The notes under the pieces are model-generated. The model worked only from the letters and a program-made list of their open reading frames with translations. It was not told the origin of the DNA and did no database searches. 64,000 nt of DNA from NCBI GenBank assembly GCA_033763315.1, contig JANRKS010000031.1, forward strand, positions 239,015 through 303,014. Reading direction: 5' to 3'. Source of the stretch: Deltaproteobacteria bacterium (GTDB taxonomy: Bacteria > Myxococcota_A > Polyangia > Fen-1088). This document shows positions 1-10,038 of the stretch, piece by piece. The translations under genes were made by a program, and so were the position numbers. Position 1 is the stretch's first letter. Each line of letters begins with the position of its first letter.

Positions 1-1341
1 CCGTGCACCCCAGTACGTGCCCAGGCTGGTGCCTGCTTTCAACGCTGCCTCGGCTCCTGCTTGGCCGAGCTCTCGGCACACCACCAATGCCTGGACAAAA
101 CGGTCGATGCGCCGCTCAAGGGACGCCACGCTTGTCCAGTCCGGCAGCCCCTCTTGGGCCTGTCCCACCACGGCCGCGCGCTTGCGTTCAATCAACACGC
201 CGAGCTCGGAAATCATGTCTTTCACGATCGCTTCGTCGTGCCGAGCGAGCACTGATTTAACCCGTGAACGACGAAACCAGTTTTTCTGTGCTTGGGATAT
301 GGGCGAAAGCCAAGCGGCGCCTCGCTGCTTGCCGTCCCCCGTGGTAGCGACCAAGCCGTCACCTGTGTGCCACCCCGCGGCCAGATGAGCCGCCGCCAAC
401 GCCATCAAAGCCAACGGTGTGGCGACGCCCAAATCTCCTTGATTGGTGGCGGGGGTCACCACTTCAACATCCGACTGCAGCTTTGCTGTCATCCGCGGCG
501 CTGAGAAGGCCCAATCATCGCTGCGTAGCCGTTCGCCGTTGAGATCCGAGAGAACCGCCGCAATCATGGGCGTGCCTTCTTTGGTTGCAAGCCCGATGGC
601 CCGCGTGAGGTCTGCGCCCGCGACGCTTGAAGGTTTATCGCCGCCACCCGCTATGCCTGCCCCCATCACTGCCGCCAAGGGCGGGCATTGTTTGGCGAGA
701 GGATTTTGGGGATGTATCAGCACCAGGCAAGCAGCGCCTTCACCCGGCACGAGGCCCCAGGGGCGTGCCTCGGTGGCCAAGCGCCTCGCCTCTACCAAGT
801 GATCCATGGCATCATCACTCACCAACGTGTCGCAAGCCGCGACGATGGCCACGCCGTGTTGAGGGTTAGCTGAAAGAAACGCTTGTGCTTCCACAAGCAT
901 GCCAAGGGCGTTGCTGACGGCATCGTCAACTAGCCTCACGTTCGTCGCGGCCACACCAGGCGCAGCTTCCAACAATATCCCTGTTAAATCAGTGCCCAAT
1001 GTTTCATCGAAGGGAGGCCTGTTGGCAGGAATCCTGAGCCACGCCTTACAGACCTGCGATTCTGAACGAAGAGTGGCGGATCGCTCCACGGCCTCGGTCA
1101 CCGCGGCCCACAAAAACGCACGCAGGCGGCTGTCGTCAGAGCCGTCGTCGGGGAAATACGTGGCGCGGGAAACGCGTGTGCTTGATGGCGTGGGCTCACC
1201 GGTGTCGGGATGAAGGAAGATGCGACTAAGACCCGCACGAACCGCAGCGACCTGCACAGCCAGGGTGCCGCCCACGGCCGAGAGGCTTCCGGCGCCTATG
1301 ATCACGGCCGGTGGCTGATTCGCAGGTGACACGAGGGACAT
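1..1341 (-). CDS. T6SS-associated 3-oxoacyl-ACP-synthase-like (PRK06147-type) protein with C-terminal extension; truncated by window edge
   Basis: Absent from the ORF track (no stop in window). Manual translation from ATG 1341 (MSLVSPANQPPAVIIGAGSLSAVGG...) is open to base 1. Motifs WGLVPGEGAACLVL, SDLNGE, GDLG. Starts just after the vgrG stop. Confidence 0.8.
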   Translation of the reverse strand, partial: MSLVSPANQPPAVIIGAGSLSAVGGTLAVQVAAVRAGLSRIFLHPDTGEPTPSSTRVSRATYFPDDGSDDSRLRAFLWAAVTEAVERSATLRSESQVCKAWLRIPANRPPFDETLGTDLTGILLEAAPGVAATNVRLVDDAVSNALGMLVEAQAFLSANPQHGVAIVAACDTLVSDDAMDHLVEARRLATEARPWGLVPGEGAACLVLIHPQNPLAKQCPPLAAVMGAGIAGGGDKPSSVAGADLTRAIGLATKEGTPMIAAVLSDLNGERLRSDDWAFSAPRMTAKLQSDVEVVTPATNQGDLGVATPLALMALAAAHLAAGWHTGDGLVATTGDGKQRGAAWLSPISQAQKNWFRRSRVKSVLARHDEAIVKDMISELGVLIERKRAAVVGQAQEGLPDWTSVASLERRIDRFVQALVVCRELGQAGAEAALKAGTSLGTYWGAR

Positions 1342-1344
1342 CCG

Positions 1345-3456
1345 CTAGTTCTTGAGAACATTCGGACCTGAAAGAATCAGATCCCCATCCGCTCTCGCCG
1401 TGAGCCCACCCTTAGACTTGATCACGACGTTTTTTCCCTCGATGACGACGTCGCCATCCTTGCTGAGCATGATGCTCGACGAGCCGCACTTGAACAGGAT
1501 GTTTTCCTTGACGACCACTTCAAGCGTCTTGCCGACATTCAAGACCTCTTTGCCCGATACCTTCGACTCGTGATCGCCCGTGAGTTTGAGAACCAAGGGT
1601 CCCGTGACATCACTGTGGTCACCTCCTTCGGTGATGGTGAGCGTGCGTCCCTTGCCGATGGTTTCATCTTGTTTACCGACAACTTCGATCTTTTCGTTCT
1701 TGCCCACCGTGTGATGGTTTTGGCCGTCGATTGTCATCACCGCGTCACCATGAATTTGCACGGTGCGATTGAGGTCAACGGTGAGTACATCATTGCCACC
1801 GTCGCCGTTTTCGCCTTTGAGCACGTGCTCGGTCCGGTCCCCGTAGATCGTTGACTGCTCGTTGCCATCCACGGTTTTGCTACGGTTGTGGCCAACGTTG
1901 AGGGTCTGGTCATGTTTGACGAGAGTCTTATGGTCACGCTCGGCCTGAACGTAGAGCTCTTCGTGGCCCTTGCGGTCCTCGAAACGAATCTCGTTGAAGT
2001 TATCCGCGTGGCCCTTGGGCGAGCTATGCGTCTTGACGCCAGATTGCGTGGCGTTGTCGGGCAGCTTGTAGGGGGGCCGGTTCTTGCCGTTGTAGAGCCG
2101 GCCGACAATGACCGGTCGATCAGGATCGCCATCGAGAAAATCGACGAGCACCTCTTCGCCCACGCGTGGGATCTGAACGGCACCAAAGCCAGCACCGGCC
2201 CATGGTTGCGAAACGCGCACCCAGCAAGACGTGTTGTTCTTCGTCGAATCAGCGTACCGATCCCAATGAAATTGAACCAGCACGCGGCCGAGGCCATCGG
2301 GGTCGGTGTAGATCTCAACACCGGTAGGCCCCGTCACCACGGCACTGTGGGGTCCTTGCATGAGCGGCTTCTTGGCGCGACGTTGCGGCCGGTATTCACG
2401 GTTGGCCGTCATCGCGATGAAGCTTGCGCTAAACAACATCGTGCCGGCCTTTGGGCCGCCGCTTTCGAGGCCGTTTGACTGGATCACATAGTCGGCCCGA
2501 ACTGCGAGAAAGTTTTCGCTTTCCGATACGTCATCGAGCCCACGAACACGAAACGTAGCACCCGGATAAAGACCTCGGGCGTTCGTCTTGAAGTGGATGA
2601 ATTCCCGATCTGCCTGCAGCCGTTCAAGGCTTACGGCAATGGCTTGCCGTCCGTGGGTCTCGTCGGTGTAGCCTCCGGGGTAGTCGAACATCTCAAAGTG
2701 GTCGTTCGCGTGACCCTGCGGATCGTTTGCTCGCGTTGCCAAGGCCACCTGCTGGTACTGGTAGTCGTAATCATTAAGCGCAGCGTTGCCCGGGACCATG
2801 TTGCGGTTGACGTCCCATGAGCTGATGTGTTCTTCGTCCCGACGGCCTCCCGTTGGGGGATAGTACGGAATGGAAGGGTAGTCGGGCGCGGGCTCGAGCT
2901 TCGCCACAGCGTCAGTCAACATGATGCTGTGGTGGCCGCCGCTATGGAGGAAGTGATAGTAGATGCCCTCCTCTTCGAGCAGACGCGACACGAAATTGAA
3001 GTCGGTCTCGCGGTACTGCACCGTGTAAGGCCTGGTTGGGAAACCTCCCAACTTCATCTCGATCGAAACGGGGATGCCCAGGTTTTGCGACACGAGGCCG
3101 AAGATGTCCGGGACGGCTTGGTCCGCGAAGATGCGGCAATCGGAGCGGTACTTCATCAGGCCGAGCCAAGGAACCAAAACCGCACGATAGGAGAAGTATC
3201 GCCCCTGACGCCCCAGACGCTCGAAACGGGTAACGAAGCCGGTGAACTCCCTGTTCTTCAGTGCGGATAGTTCAAGGTTGAGCACCATCTCGGTGCCGAG
3301 AAGCTGCTCGGCCTGGATGTGGCCTTGTTCGCTAAGAAGCTCCAGGGTGTAACGGTAAGGCTGGCTTAGCTCTTCGCGGCCAGAGAAGGCCTGTAAGTGG
3401 AACCTGACGTCCTCGAGCGCGGATTTCACACTGACTTGTCGTTCGTCCAGAAGCAT
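1345..3456 (-). CDS. vgrG: Type VI secretion tip protein VgrG/TssI
   Basis: Motifs GREELSQPY, VQYRETDFNFVSRLLEEEGIYY, CWVRVSQPWAG, PRVGEEVLVDFLDGDPDRP, FNEIRFED and gp5-like repeats. Start moved to ATG 3456 (SD AAGGAG). Confidence 0.96.
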   Translation of the reverse strand: MLLDERQVSVKSALEDVRFHLQAFSGREELSQPYRYTLELLSEQGHIQAEQLLGTEMVLNLELSALKNREFTGFVTRFERLGRQGRYFSYRAVLVPWLGLMKYRSDCRIFADQAVPDIFGLVSQNLGIPVSIEMKLGGFPTRPYTVQYRETDFNFVSRLLEEEGIYYHFLHSGGHHSIMLTDAVAKLEPAPDYPSIPYYPPTGGRRDEEHISSWDVNRNMVPGNAALNDYDYQYQQVALATRANDPQGHANDHFEMFDYPGGYTDETHGRQAIAVSLERLQADREFIHFKTNARGLYPGATFRVRGLDDVSESENFLAVRADYVIQSNGLESGGPKAGTMLFSASFIAMTANREYRPQRRAKKPLMQGPHSAVVTGPTGVEIYTDPDGLGRVLVQFHWDRYADSTKNNTSCWVRVSQPWAGAGFGAVQIPRVGEEVLVDFLDGDPDRPVIVGRLYNGKNRPPYKLPDNATQSGVKTHSSPKGHADNFNEIRFEDRKGHEELYVQAERDHKTLVKHDQTLNVGHNRSKTVDGNEQSTIYGDRTEHVLKGENGDGGNDVLTVDLNRTVQIHGDAVMTIDGQNHHTVGKNEKIEVVGKQDETIGKGRTLTITEGGDHSDVTGPLVLKLTGDHESKVSGKEVLNVGKTLEVVVKENILFKCGSSSIMLSKDGDVVIEGKNVVIKSKGGLTARADGDLILSGPNVLKN

Positions 3457-3653
3457 CAGAGCCCCAATCTCCTTCAAAAACCACCGAGAATCCACGGGCA
3501 ATCGCCCCGCCTTGACCGTTATCGGCTTTGGGGCGGGAGATGTTGCTAGAAAATTGAGAAAGTCACGTCCCACGTTAGGTTTTGCGCAACAATTGGCGGG
3601 CCTGGGCCGATAAAACCACCTGGTATCTTCTCCGTCAGCACACCCCCTCTGCA

Positions 3654-4649
3654 ATGTCCGTCCCCCCATTGATTCTTGAAACCGTCTTCGGCCCGGTGCA
3701 GCTGGTGCGCGGCAGTGCGCCATCAGCGCAGAATATGGTTCCGCTCGCCACCGGCGCCGATGGCATTCAAAGGGCGCTGGAAGACGCGCTGGCTTATGGC
3801 GATTCAATGATCGTCATGGCCCTTGCGCTGGAAGCCGGCATCCTCGACAGCGCCTTCGGTGTCGACGATGCCGAAGTGGTACAGACGTTGATGGTTGCCC
3901 TCGAGGGAGGCCACGTGGTGGCTGTGGCTCCGGGGGGGAACGCGGGCGGGCAAGATCAAGAGGGCGCCGCTGCGTGGTCTGCCTACGACGCATTTGCCGC
4001 GCGCGTGGGAAAGGAGTTTATGGTTGCCCTACGTAAGCACCGTGTGGTGCCGAGCGGCCAGGTTCAAGAGATTCGGCAAGCGGAAGATTACGATGTCGTC
4101 GCAGTGAAAGAGGCTGCCACCATCCTCGTTCGTCAGGCGAAGTCATCAGGAGGAAAGCCTTCACAGGCTGCGGCAGAGGCGTTGGTCAAGCACCTGGTTG
4201 ATATGCACAGCGCCCCGAGCAAACGCGCGAGCTTCATGCTCTTGCGCGCGCCTCCCTCGGTTGCCGAACGTCTCGCTTCGCCTGAAGAGGTGGTGACGCC
4301 GGCAAAGCTCAAGAAGCTCAAAGAGCAAAAAGAAGCCGTTCATGAGATCAAGCTCGAACAGCGCTATCACGACGATTCGCCAGTTGTGGGCGCTGCCTTC
4401 ACGATCGAATTTGAAGACGGCGTCAAGGTAGACGGCGCGCTCGATGCAAAGGGAAAGGCCGTTGTCAAAGGAGTGCCCGATAAGCCAGGGGTCGTAACAT
4501 TTGCCCCGGACACGCGCGCTTACGTACCATCGCCGGTGAAACAAGCGGCGCACTATAAGGGCCGTGTTCCAAGCGACTCGGATTTGGATGAGCAGTTAGC
4601 GGCCGCCTTGCGAGAGGGAGCGCACGAGGGGGAGGCCGCCAATGGCTGA
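3654..4649 (+). CDS. T6SS-associated protein with C-terminal transthyretin-like effector-recruitment domain
   Basis: C-terminal YHDDSPVVGAAFTIEFEDG..DGALDAKGKAVV resembles VgrG/PAAR C-terminal extensions; overlaps the start of the toxin gene. Confidence 0.6.
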   Translation: MSVPPLILETVFGPVQLVRGSAPSAQNMVPLATGADGIQRALEDALAYGDSMIVMALALEAGILDSAFGVDDAEVVQTLMVALEGGHVVAVAPGGNAGGQDQEGAAAWSAYDAFAARVGKEFMVALRKHRVVPSGQVQEIRQAEDYDVVAVKEAATILVRQAKSSGGKPSQAAAEALVKHLVDMHSAPSKRASFMLLRAPPSVAERLASPEEVVTPAKLKKLKEQKEAVHEIKLEQRYHDDSPVVGAAFTIEFEDGVKVDGALDAKGKAVVKGVPDKPGVVTFAPDTRAYVPSPVKQAAHYKGRVPSDSDLDEQLAAALREGAHEGEAANG

Positions 4650-6162
4650 CTCTGAGGCGAAAGAATCCGATAGCGGGACGTGGGCACTCATCAAGAGCGT
4701 GGCGCACGATAGCGGGCAGTGGATCTGGGGAACCGTTGAAGGCCAATTCAACGAGAAGGCCTCCACGAGTCAAATCATCGTCGATGCTGTCATCAGCCTT
4801 ATTCCGTTGGTGGGAGACGTAACCGCTGCCCGCGACCTCATCGCGGTTTCTATCGGTCTGATTGACGACCCCAAAAAGCGTGAAGACAAGATGCAGTGGG
4901 TGATGTTGGTCTTGCTGACCTTCGCACTCATCCCTGTCATAGGCGGTGCGATCAAAGGGGTGGGACGCCTGGCTCTCAAAGCTGTGGAAGAGGCTGCGCA
5001 TTTGGCAAGCGCAAGCGCCCGAACTGCAAAGTTCATGGAGGTGGCCAAGGATATGGTTGCGTTCCTGAACCACGTAGGCAAAGGCTCGGCTGAAAAGTGG
5101 CTATTGAGCTTACGTGTTGCCGAGCATCAAGCGCGAGTAGTGCAAGAGCTGAACAAGTTCTTCGATACGTTTCTAAGTGCCTTGGCGGCGGTCGAAAGAC
5201 GCCTCCACCTTGTAATTCCAGACTCCGTGCTCGCGCGCATTAAGTGGTTGCGGGATGGACTAAAGAAGCTCAAGGAGTTGGTCTCTAAGTACGTGCCCGA
5301 TGCCATCCAGGAGTTAGACCAAAAGCTTCGCGAGATCCAACAATTCGTTCACGAAGGCGGGCAGATCACGAGCCGCGCCGCCAGTCACACTGTTGCTGTC
5401 GGTGCCGAAAACATGTCGCGCGTGGAGCAGGCCCGGCTGGTTCAATCCGTGATGAGCGAAGAGGTATCGTTCACGGGCCACGTGTCGCAGAACTCATCAA
5501 AGGTTGGCGAATTCGATTCTGTATATAAACACGAGGCGGGCTTTCCGGATGTGGCTGGTTACAAAGAGAAGGGGCACGCTCCAAACATCCAAACTTACGG
5601 TGGCAAGATCGTAAACAAGGCGCTCGAACCCGGGGAACAAATCTTTCGTGTTTTTGGCCCTGAGGGTGTCACGCGAGGAAAGCTTGTCCGCGGAAGTATG
5701 CCTGCTGGTAACCGTAGTGTCGCGTTTTGGGGTTATGGGGCGCCTCCTGCAAACGCCAAGGCTTGGCGGTACGGGTCTGCGGTGTTAGACGAGTGGAATC
5801 GAGATGGCTATATCCTGGTCGGCCGCATTGAATCGCCTAATGCGGTGAAAGCGGCCATCGGGAAAATCTCGAAGCAACGAGGCAGGGATCTAAAGAGTCA
5901 GATTCTCACCGGCGGCGACATGCAAGCGATGATTGAATTTTCACCGGATGTGACAGTGGCGCTCAACGACTTAGGCGCTCGTGCCGTGGCATCAGGCAAA
6001 GCCGAAACCTTGTCGATTGGTGGCGTCGTTTGGGAAGTGAAGCCGACAGGTTGGAATGATGTCAACGGTATCCACGGCTATGTTCGGTCGCACCAAGCGG
6101 AAAGCCTCGCTGTTAGCGTTTGCCGACTGAGCGACGACGAACCCACCATGTCTGAGGAGTAG
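4642..6162 (+). CDS. T6SS polymorphic toxin effector (probable Ntox48-like C-terminal domain)
   Basis: N-terminal WIWGTVEGQFNE..QIIVDAVISLIPLVGDVTAARDLIA is typical of T6SS cargo effectors; C-terminal WR..AVLDEWN.DG; followed by an Imm71/72-like gene. Confidence 0.7.
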   Translation: MADSEAKESDSGTWALIKSVAHDSGQWIWGTVEGQFNEKASTSQIIVDAVISLIPLVGDVTAARDLIAVSIGLIDDPKKREDKMQWVMLVLLTFALIPVIGGAIKGVGRLALKAVEEAAHLASASARTAKFMEVAKDMVAFLNHVGKGSAEKWLLSLRVAEHQARVVQELNKFFDTFLSALAAVERRLHLVIPDSVLARIKWLRDGLKKLKELVSKYVPDAIQELDQKLREIQQFVHEGGQITSRAASHTVAVGAENMSRVEQARLVQSVMSEEVSFTGHVSQNSSKVGEFDSVYKHEAGFPDVAGYKEKGHAPNIQTYGGKIVNKALEPGEQIFRVFGPEGVTRGKLVRGSMPAGNRSVAFWGYGAPPANAKAWRYGSAVLDEWNRDGYILVGRIESPNAVKAAIGKISKQRGRDLKSQILTGGDMQAMIEFSPDVTVALNDLGARAVASGKAETLSIGGVVWEVKPTGWNDVNGIHGYVRSHQAESLAVSVCRLSDDEPTMSEE

Positions 6163-6165
6163 AAC

Positions 6166-7047
6166 TTGTCACCAACGATTCCAGATGATGCCGAGAGATA
6201 CCGCATCTTCGCGTACCTAAAACGCGCGAGCTCCTTGACTGCGTGGCGGTACGGCCTTCGTATGTGCACGCAATTCACCCAAGCCTACGAGCGGGTTGCA
6301 AAGAAGGCCGAGGGCAAGACTGTCATGATTTTAGGCCAGCCTTCGGTTCTGCTTCATCCCCAGGAGTTGGGCTTCGCTTTGAGGGGGCAGGCCGCGTTTG
6401 TCGAGGCCGTAAAGAGGCTCGAGCGCGGAGATCGGTTTTGCTTTCGGTATGCAGAGGCTCTCGGCCACTTTTTCGAGGGGTTTCGGGGCTACGATTGTCA
6501 TATGAGCATGGTGCAGGGCCACATGATGGGTCATGCCACGTTTCCCATCGTGGAATCTGAGTTGTATCCAGAATTGGACGAAGCGAGCCAGGGCATAGGA
6601 TATTTTGCGAACGCCCACCGCGTTGTTCTAGAGCCGCAGTACTACGAGCCTGCAGCTGTGGAATCGGCTTCATCGTTGAAGGACGTACCTGAATACATGA
6701 ATCTGCCTGAAAGCGGTGACGTCCCAACGCCAAGCAAGGAGGTGCTGGTACACACGAAGTCTCGGGTGCCGTACCACGGTATCTACGAGCCCGTGAAATT
6801 CGAGATGGTCCGCTCGATGTGGCGGTTGTTTGGCCAAGCGGCCACGAACGAGAACACCGTGTTCGAGAGGCAGGGCTGGTTGAACTATCTTACGGCAGGC
6901 AGCAAAGCGCCTCCGCTAAGGGTGGACATGGGGGATGTTTACACGCACACCACCAACACCGTGTGGCGGCTCATTTGGAAGGACGAACGCTATGTAAATG
7001 GCGTGGTGCCTGAGGAAGAATCCAGCTACGGCTATCCGATCGACTAG
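6166..7047 (+). CDS. Imm71/Imm72-family immunity protein
   Basis: IFAYLKRASSLTAW at the N-terminus; GIYEP, LNYL..GS.AP and WKDERY..G.VPEEE (GxxE and WxDxRY motifs). Confidence 0.8.
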   Translation: MSPTIPDDAERYRIFAYLKRASSLTAWRYGLRMCTQFTQAYERVAKKAEGKTVMILGQPSVLLHPQELGFALRGQAAFVEAVKRLERGDRFCFRYAEALGHFFEGFRGYDCHMSMVQGHMMGHATFPIVESELYPELDEASQGIGYFANAHRVVLEPQYYEPAAVESASSLKDVPEYMNLPESGDVPTPSKEVLVHTKSRVPYHGIYEPVKFEMVRSMWRLFGQAATNENTVFERQGWLNYLTAGSKAPPLRVDMGDVYTHTTNTVWRLIWKDERYVNGVVPEEESSYGYPID

Positions 7048-7053
7048 GGCGAA

Positions 7054-7950
7054 ATGAACGCGCCTGCATACCGACAGTACAAGACCTCAGGCAAGGTCTC
7101 GTGGCGAGCGCCCTTGCTGGTGCTCACAGTGGCGTTGCCTATAAGTGCACTGTGCGCGGGTATCTACGCGCTGGTGGTTCGCTACAACCCCTTCATCTAC
7201 TTCACCGTGCTTGCTTCCCTCGCGTTCGGCGCGTGCGTGGGTCTCGTCGCGCAAATGACCGCCGAGAAGGGCAATTCCCGAAACCGTAGGTTCGACGTGG
7301 CCGCCTCGCTCTGTGCGGCGATCTTTGCTTTGTGGGTTCACTGGCTGGTCTGGATCGCTCTCAGAAGAACGGAGGGCCTGGAAGTCGCCATGCGAATGGC
7401 CACTTCGGGCGTTCACTCGTGGCTAATGTTCTTCGACGATTTGTCCTCCCGCCGGTTGCTCAGCATCACAAGAGGCGGCGCCCGTGGCGCGCTATCGCCC
7501 ACCACGATGGTGATTCTGTGGATCGTGGAAGCTCTCCTGGTATCACTCGCGGCCATGGGGGCCGCCTTCGTTTGCCATGGCAAACAGGCGTTCTCTGAAC
7601 GCACCGGCAAGTGGTCGAAGACGGACGCGCAGGCGGCGCTTTATTTCAACCACGGCAACTTCTCCGATGTGCTTGCCTCAATCAACGAACATGGGCTTGG
7701 GTGGCTTAACGGTCTCCCCCTGGATAGCGATCCCCATCCGCGCGCGGTTGATGGGTGGAATATCTTGAACGTAGAGTGCGTATCTGAGCCCAGCGATCCG
7801 GAGTTCCGATTCGTGACAATCACTGGCGCCACGACGAAGCCGCGGCCGAAAGGTCGGCCGGTGACGCAGCACAAAGCCGACATCTGCACGCTTCTTCACG
7901 CCGAGCCTTCAGCCTACGAATCTTTGGTGGTGCGGCTGACGCAGCAATGA
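7054..7950 (+). CDS. Membrane protein with about 4 TM helices, hypothetical
   Basis: Four hydrophobic segments then a soluble domain; 6 bp after the immunity gene. Confidence 0.7.
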   Translation: MNAPAYRQYKTSGKVSWRAPLLVLTVALPISALCAGIYALVVRYNPFIYFTVLASLAFGACVGLVAQMTAEKGNSRNRRFDVAASLCAAIFALWVHWLVWIALRRTEGLEVAMRMATSGVHSWLMFFDDLSSRRLLSITRGGARGALSPTTMVILWIVEALLVSLAAMGAAFVCHGKQAFSERTGKWSKTDAQAALYFNHGNFSDVLASINEHGLGWLNGLPLDSDPHPRAVDGWNILNVECVSEPSDPEFRFVTITGATTKPRPKGRPVTQHKADICTLLHAEPSAYESLVVRLTQQ

Positions 7951-8106
7951 TGTCTTCGGACATCCATGGACGTCCCCGGGCAGCGACGATGCTTGTCCCT
8001 ATTTGGGCTCACTTCCCAAAAGAGACAGAGGAGTGGGGGGGGCGCCATCTGTGCTGATGGCATTGACGCTGCGCCAGCCGGTTCCTATGGTGGCGCCGTT
8101 ATTACG

Positions 8107-8526
8107 ATGCCGCCAAATGATTCACGGGATGAGCAGAGCGACGGTCTGATCACGATTGTCCCGGGAGTATCCATTGGTCCCATTCGCCTCGGAAGCCTTG
8201 ACGCCGCTTTTCAAGGTCCTAGGGACGCGTGTGGGCATCTTATCGTGCCCGCTGGCCTGAGTGCTCTTGTGAGCCGCGAGGGTGTTCTGGACATTTGGAT
8301 CGACAACCTGCGAACATTGCGAACGCCCGTTTTCATCGAAGGCAAGTTGCTGCCGCGCAATGCATCCTACGATGAACTTTTCGAGGTGTTGGGGCCGTGT
8401 GGAGAGGTCGGTCGCGATGAAAAGGGCACGACGTATAACTGCGTGTATGATCTGTCGTTTCGACTTGTGGTGGCAAGACCAGCGGGAGCTCTCACAATCT
8501 GGGTCAAACGACGTCAAGTGGGCTAA
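8107..8526 (+). CDS. Hypothetical protein, possible orphan immunity protein
   Basis: ITIVPGVSIGPIRLG N-terminal motif; start codon uncertain. Confidence 0.5.
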   Translation: MPPNDSRDEQSDGLITIVPGVSIGPIRLGSLDAAFQGPRDACGHLIVPAGLSALVSREGVLDIWIDNLRTLRTPVFIEGKLLPRNASYDELFEVLGPCGEVGRDEKGTTYNCVYDLSFRLVVARPAGALTIWVKRRQVG

Positions 8527-8539
8527 GCCGTCTTTGCGG

Positions 8540-9541
8540 CTACTGAGCCGTATGTACGCGGTTACCGCCGCCGGCCTTTGCTAATTCTAATGCAAATTCC
8601 GCGAAGGCTTTGAGGCCGCCCAAGGTCGACTGATGTCCCGGGATGGCGGCAACGCCTGCACTGAGGGTCATCTTCCATCTTGCGTTGCCAAGCCGAAACG
8701 GCTGATCCGCCACTTCGGCTCTTATTCTCTCCGCAAATTTTAGTGCGTCCTGTCGGGAGGTTTGCCGGTAGAGAACGGCGAAGCGGTTCTGTCCGAGATG
8801 GCACAGCAAATCTTGCTTCCGTACGGCGTTTCGAATGCGGCGGGCCAATTCTTTGGCCAACACGAGCGAGTCCTCGGCAGTGGGCGGCTTGTCGATGTCG
8901 GCTACGACGTATGCCAAAGGCAGATCGTATCTGGCATGGAAGGCAAGTTCGCACAGTGCCCGCACGTCAAAATCGCTCGGTGCCATGGTGTTGGTCACCG
9001 GATCGCGCGGGCCGATCGTAGTCATACGCCCGCGATAAACATCGTCAGCCATCGGATCGTCGATGTAGCGAAACACGGCACCGTTGCCCAAGTTGATTAG
9101 ATCGTCGTTACTCAACTTGACTGGCAGACCAATGAGGTGGTGATTGAGAAGCGTGCCGTTCTTCGATCCTAAATCCTCGATAAACCATTCACCCCGTTGC
9201 CAGAAAATTTGGGCATGACGACGAGACACACCCCGATGGTTGATAGGCAATGTAGGTTGCTGGTCGCGGCCGAGGACGAATTGTGCTTCGTCGATTCGCA
9301 CTAGATCCCCGTGACCTTCTCCCTCCAAGCGCAGAAGATGCGGAGCGGACGCCCTTCTCGAATCCGTTCCGTCCCCTGCAGCAGCCCTAGGTGCGAGCTC
9401 GACCACCTTCCGAGGCGCCGGTGTATCGCCGGGAGTCTCGCCATCGCCCTGCATTGCGGGCAGCGCGACATGAACCTCGGCTTTGAAGCTTAGCGCCTGA
9501 GACATTGCTTCTTTCCCGTGAAACGCGCTTGCGCATCCCAT
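8540..9541 (-). CDS. FHA domain plus degenerate GGDEF domain protein
   Basis: FHA motifs LGR, VSRRHA, DLGSKNGT; GGDEF fold with GQNRF at the active site and RKQD I-site. Confidence 0.88.
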   Translation of the reverse strand: MGCASAFHGKEAMSQALSFKAEVHVALPAMQGDGETPGDTPAPRKVVELAPRAAAGDGTDSRRASAPHLLRLEGEGHGDLVRIDEAQFVLGRDQQPTLPINHRGVSRRHAQIFWQRGEWFIEDLGSKNGTLLNHHLIGLPVKLSNDDLINLGNGAVFRYIDDPMADDVYRGRMTTIGPRDPVTNTMAPSDFDVRALCELAFHARYDLPLAYVVADIDKPPTAEDSLVLAKELARRIRNAVRKQDLLCHLGQNRFAVLYRQTSRQDALKFAERIRAEVADQPFRLGNARWKMTLSAGVAAIPGHQSTLGGLKAFAEFALELAKAGGGNRVHTAQ

Positions 9542-9676
9542 GACACTTCTTCTTTATGCAGGTTCATGAAGCTATTATCGGCCTCGGTCTTCGAGAAGTT
9601 GTTGAGAAAATATTGAATGTGCGGGCTCAGCCCTGTGTTCGTGGAAAACCATGCACTTTTACCCCTTCAAGCCTGC

Positions 9677-10027
9677 TCAACAATGCTCAACCTCACGTGG
9701 GACACGCTGCCCGCGACACGCTGTCCGTTCTTGCTGTACAAGTGCCTCATGAGGGCATCGCGACAAAGCGCAGGTATTGCCCTCATACGCAAGGCAAGTC
9801 GCTACGGCATGGGTTAGGAGGTGCAACGGTACATCGATCATCAGGACGGTTCCCGTTTCCTCAACGCGAAGGCAAGGTAGACCGGAGTTCATCAATGCGC
9901 GAGCCGCACCGTTCAGTTTGTCGACCGGGAAGGCGAAGCTGAATCGAGCGATGGCTCGCTGTGCGGCTCGCTTTACGATGTCGTCGGCAAGACAGTCAGG
10001 GGCGCGCGAACGGTCGTCGATTTGCAT
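9677..10027 (-). CDS. Hypothetical protein
   Basis: 116-aa ORF between the co-oriented HDOD and FHA genes. Confidence 0.4.
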   Translation of the reverse strand: MQIDDRSRAPDCLADDIVKRAAQRAIARFSFAFPVDKLNGAARALMNSGLPCLRVEETGTVLMIDVPLHLLTHAVATCLAYEGNTCALSRCPHEALVQQERTACRGQRVPREVEHC

Positions 10028-10038
10028 TGGTCGCCACC

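Noticed and set aside
3457-3807. N-terminal extension of vgrG in the ORF track
   Set aside because: It overlaps the divergent gene and promoter region; homology and SD support ATG 3456.
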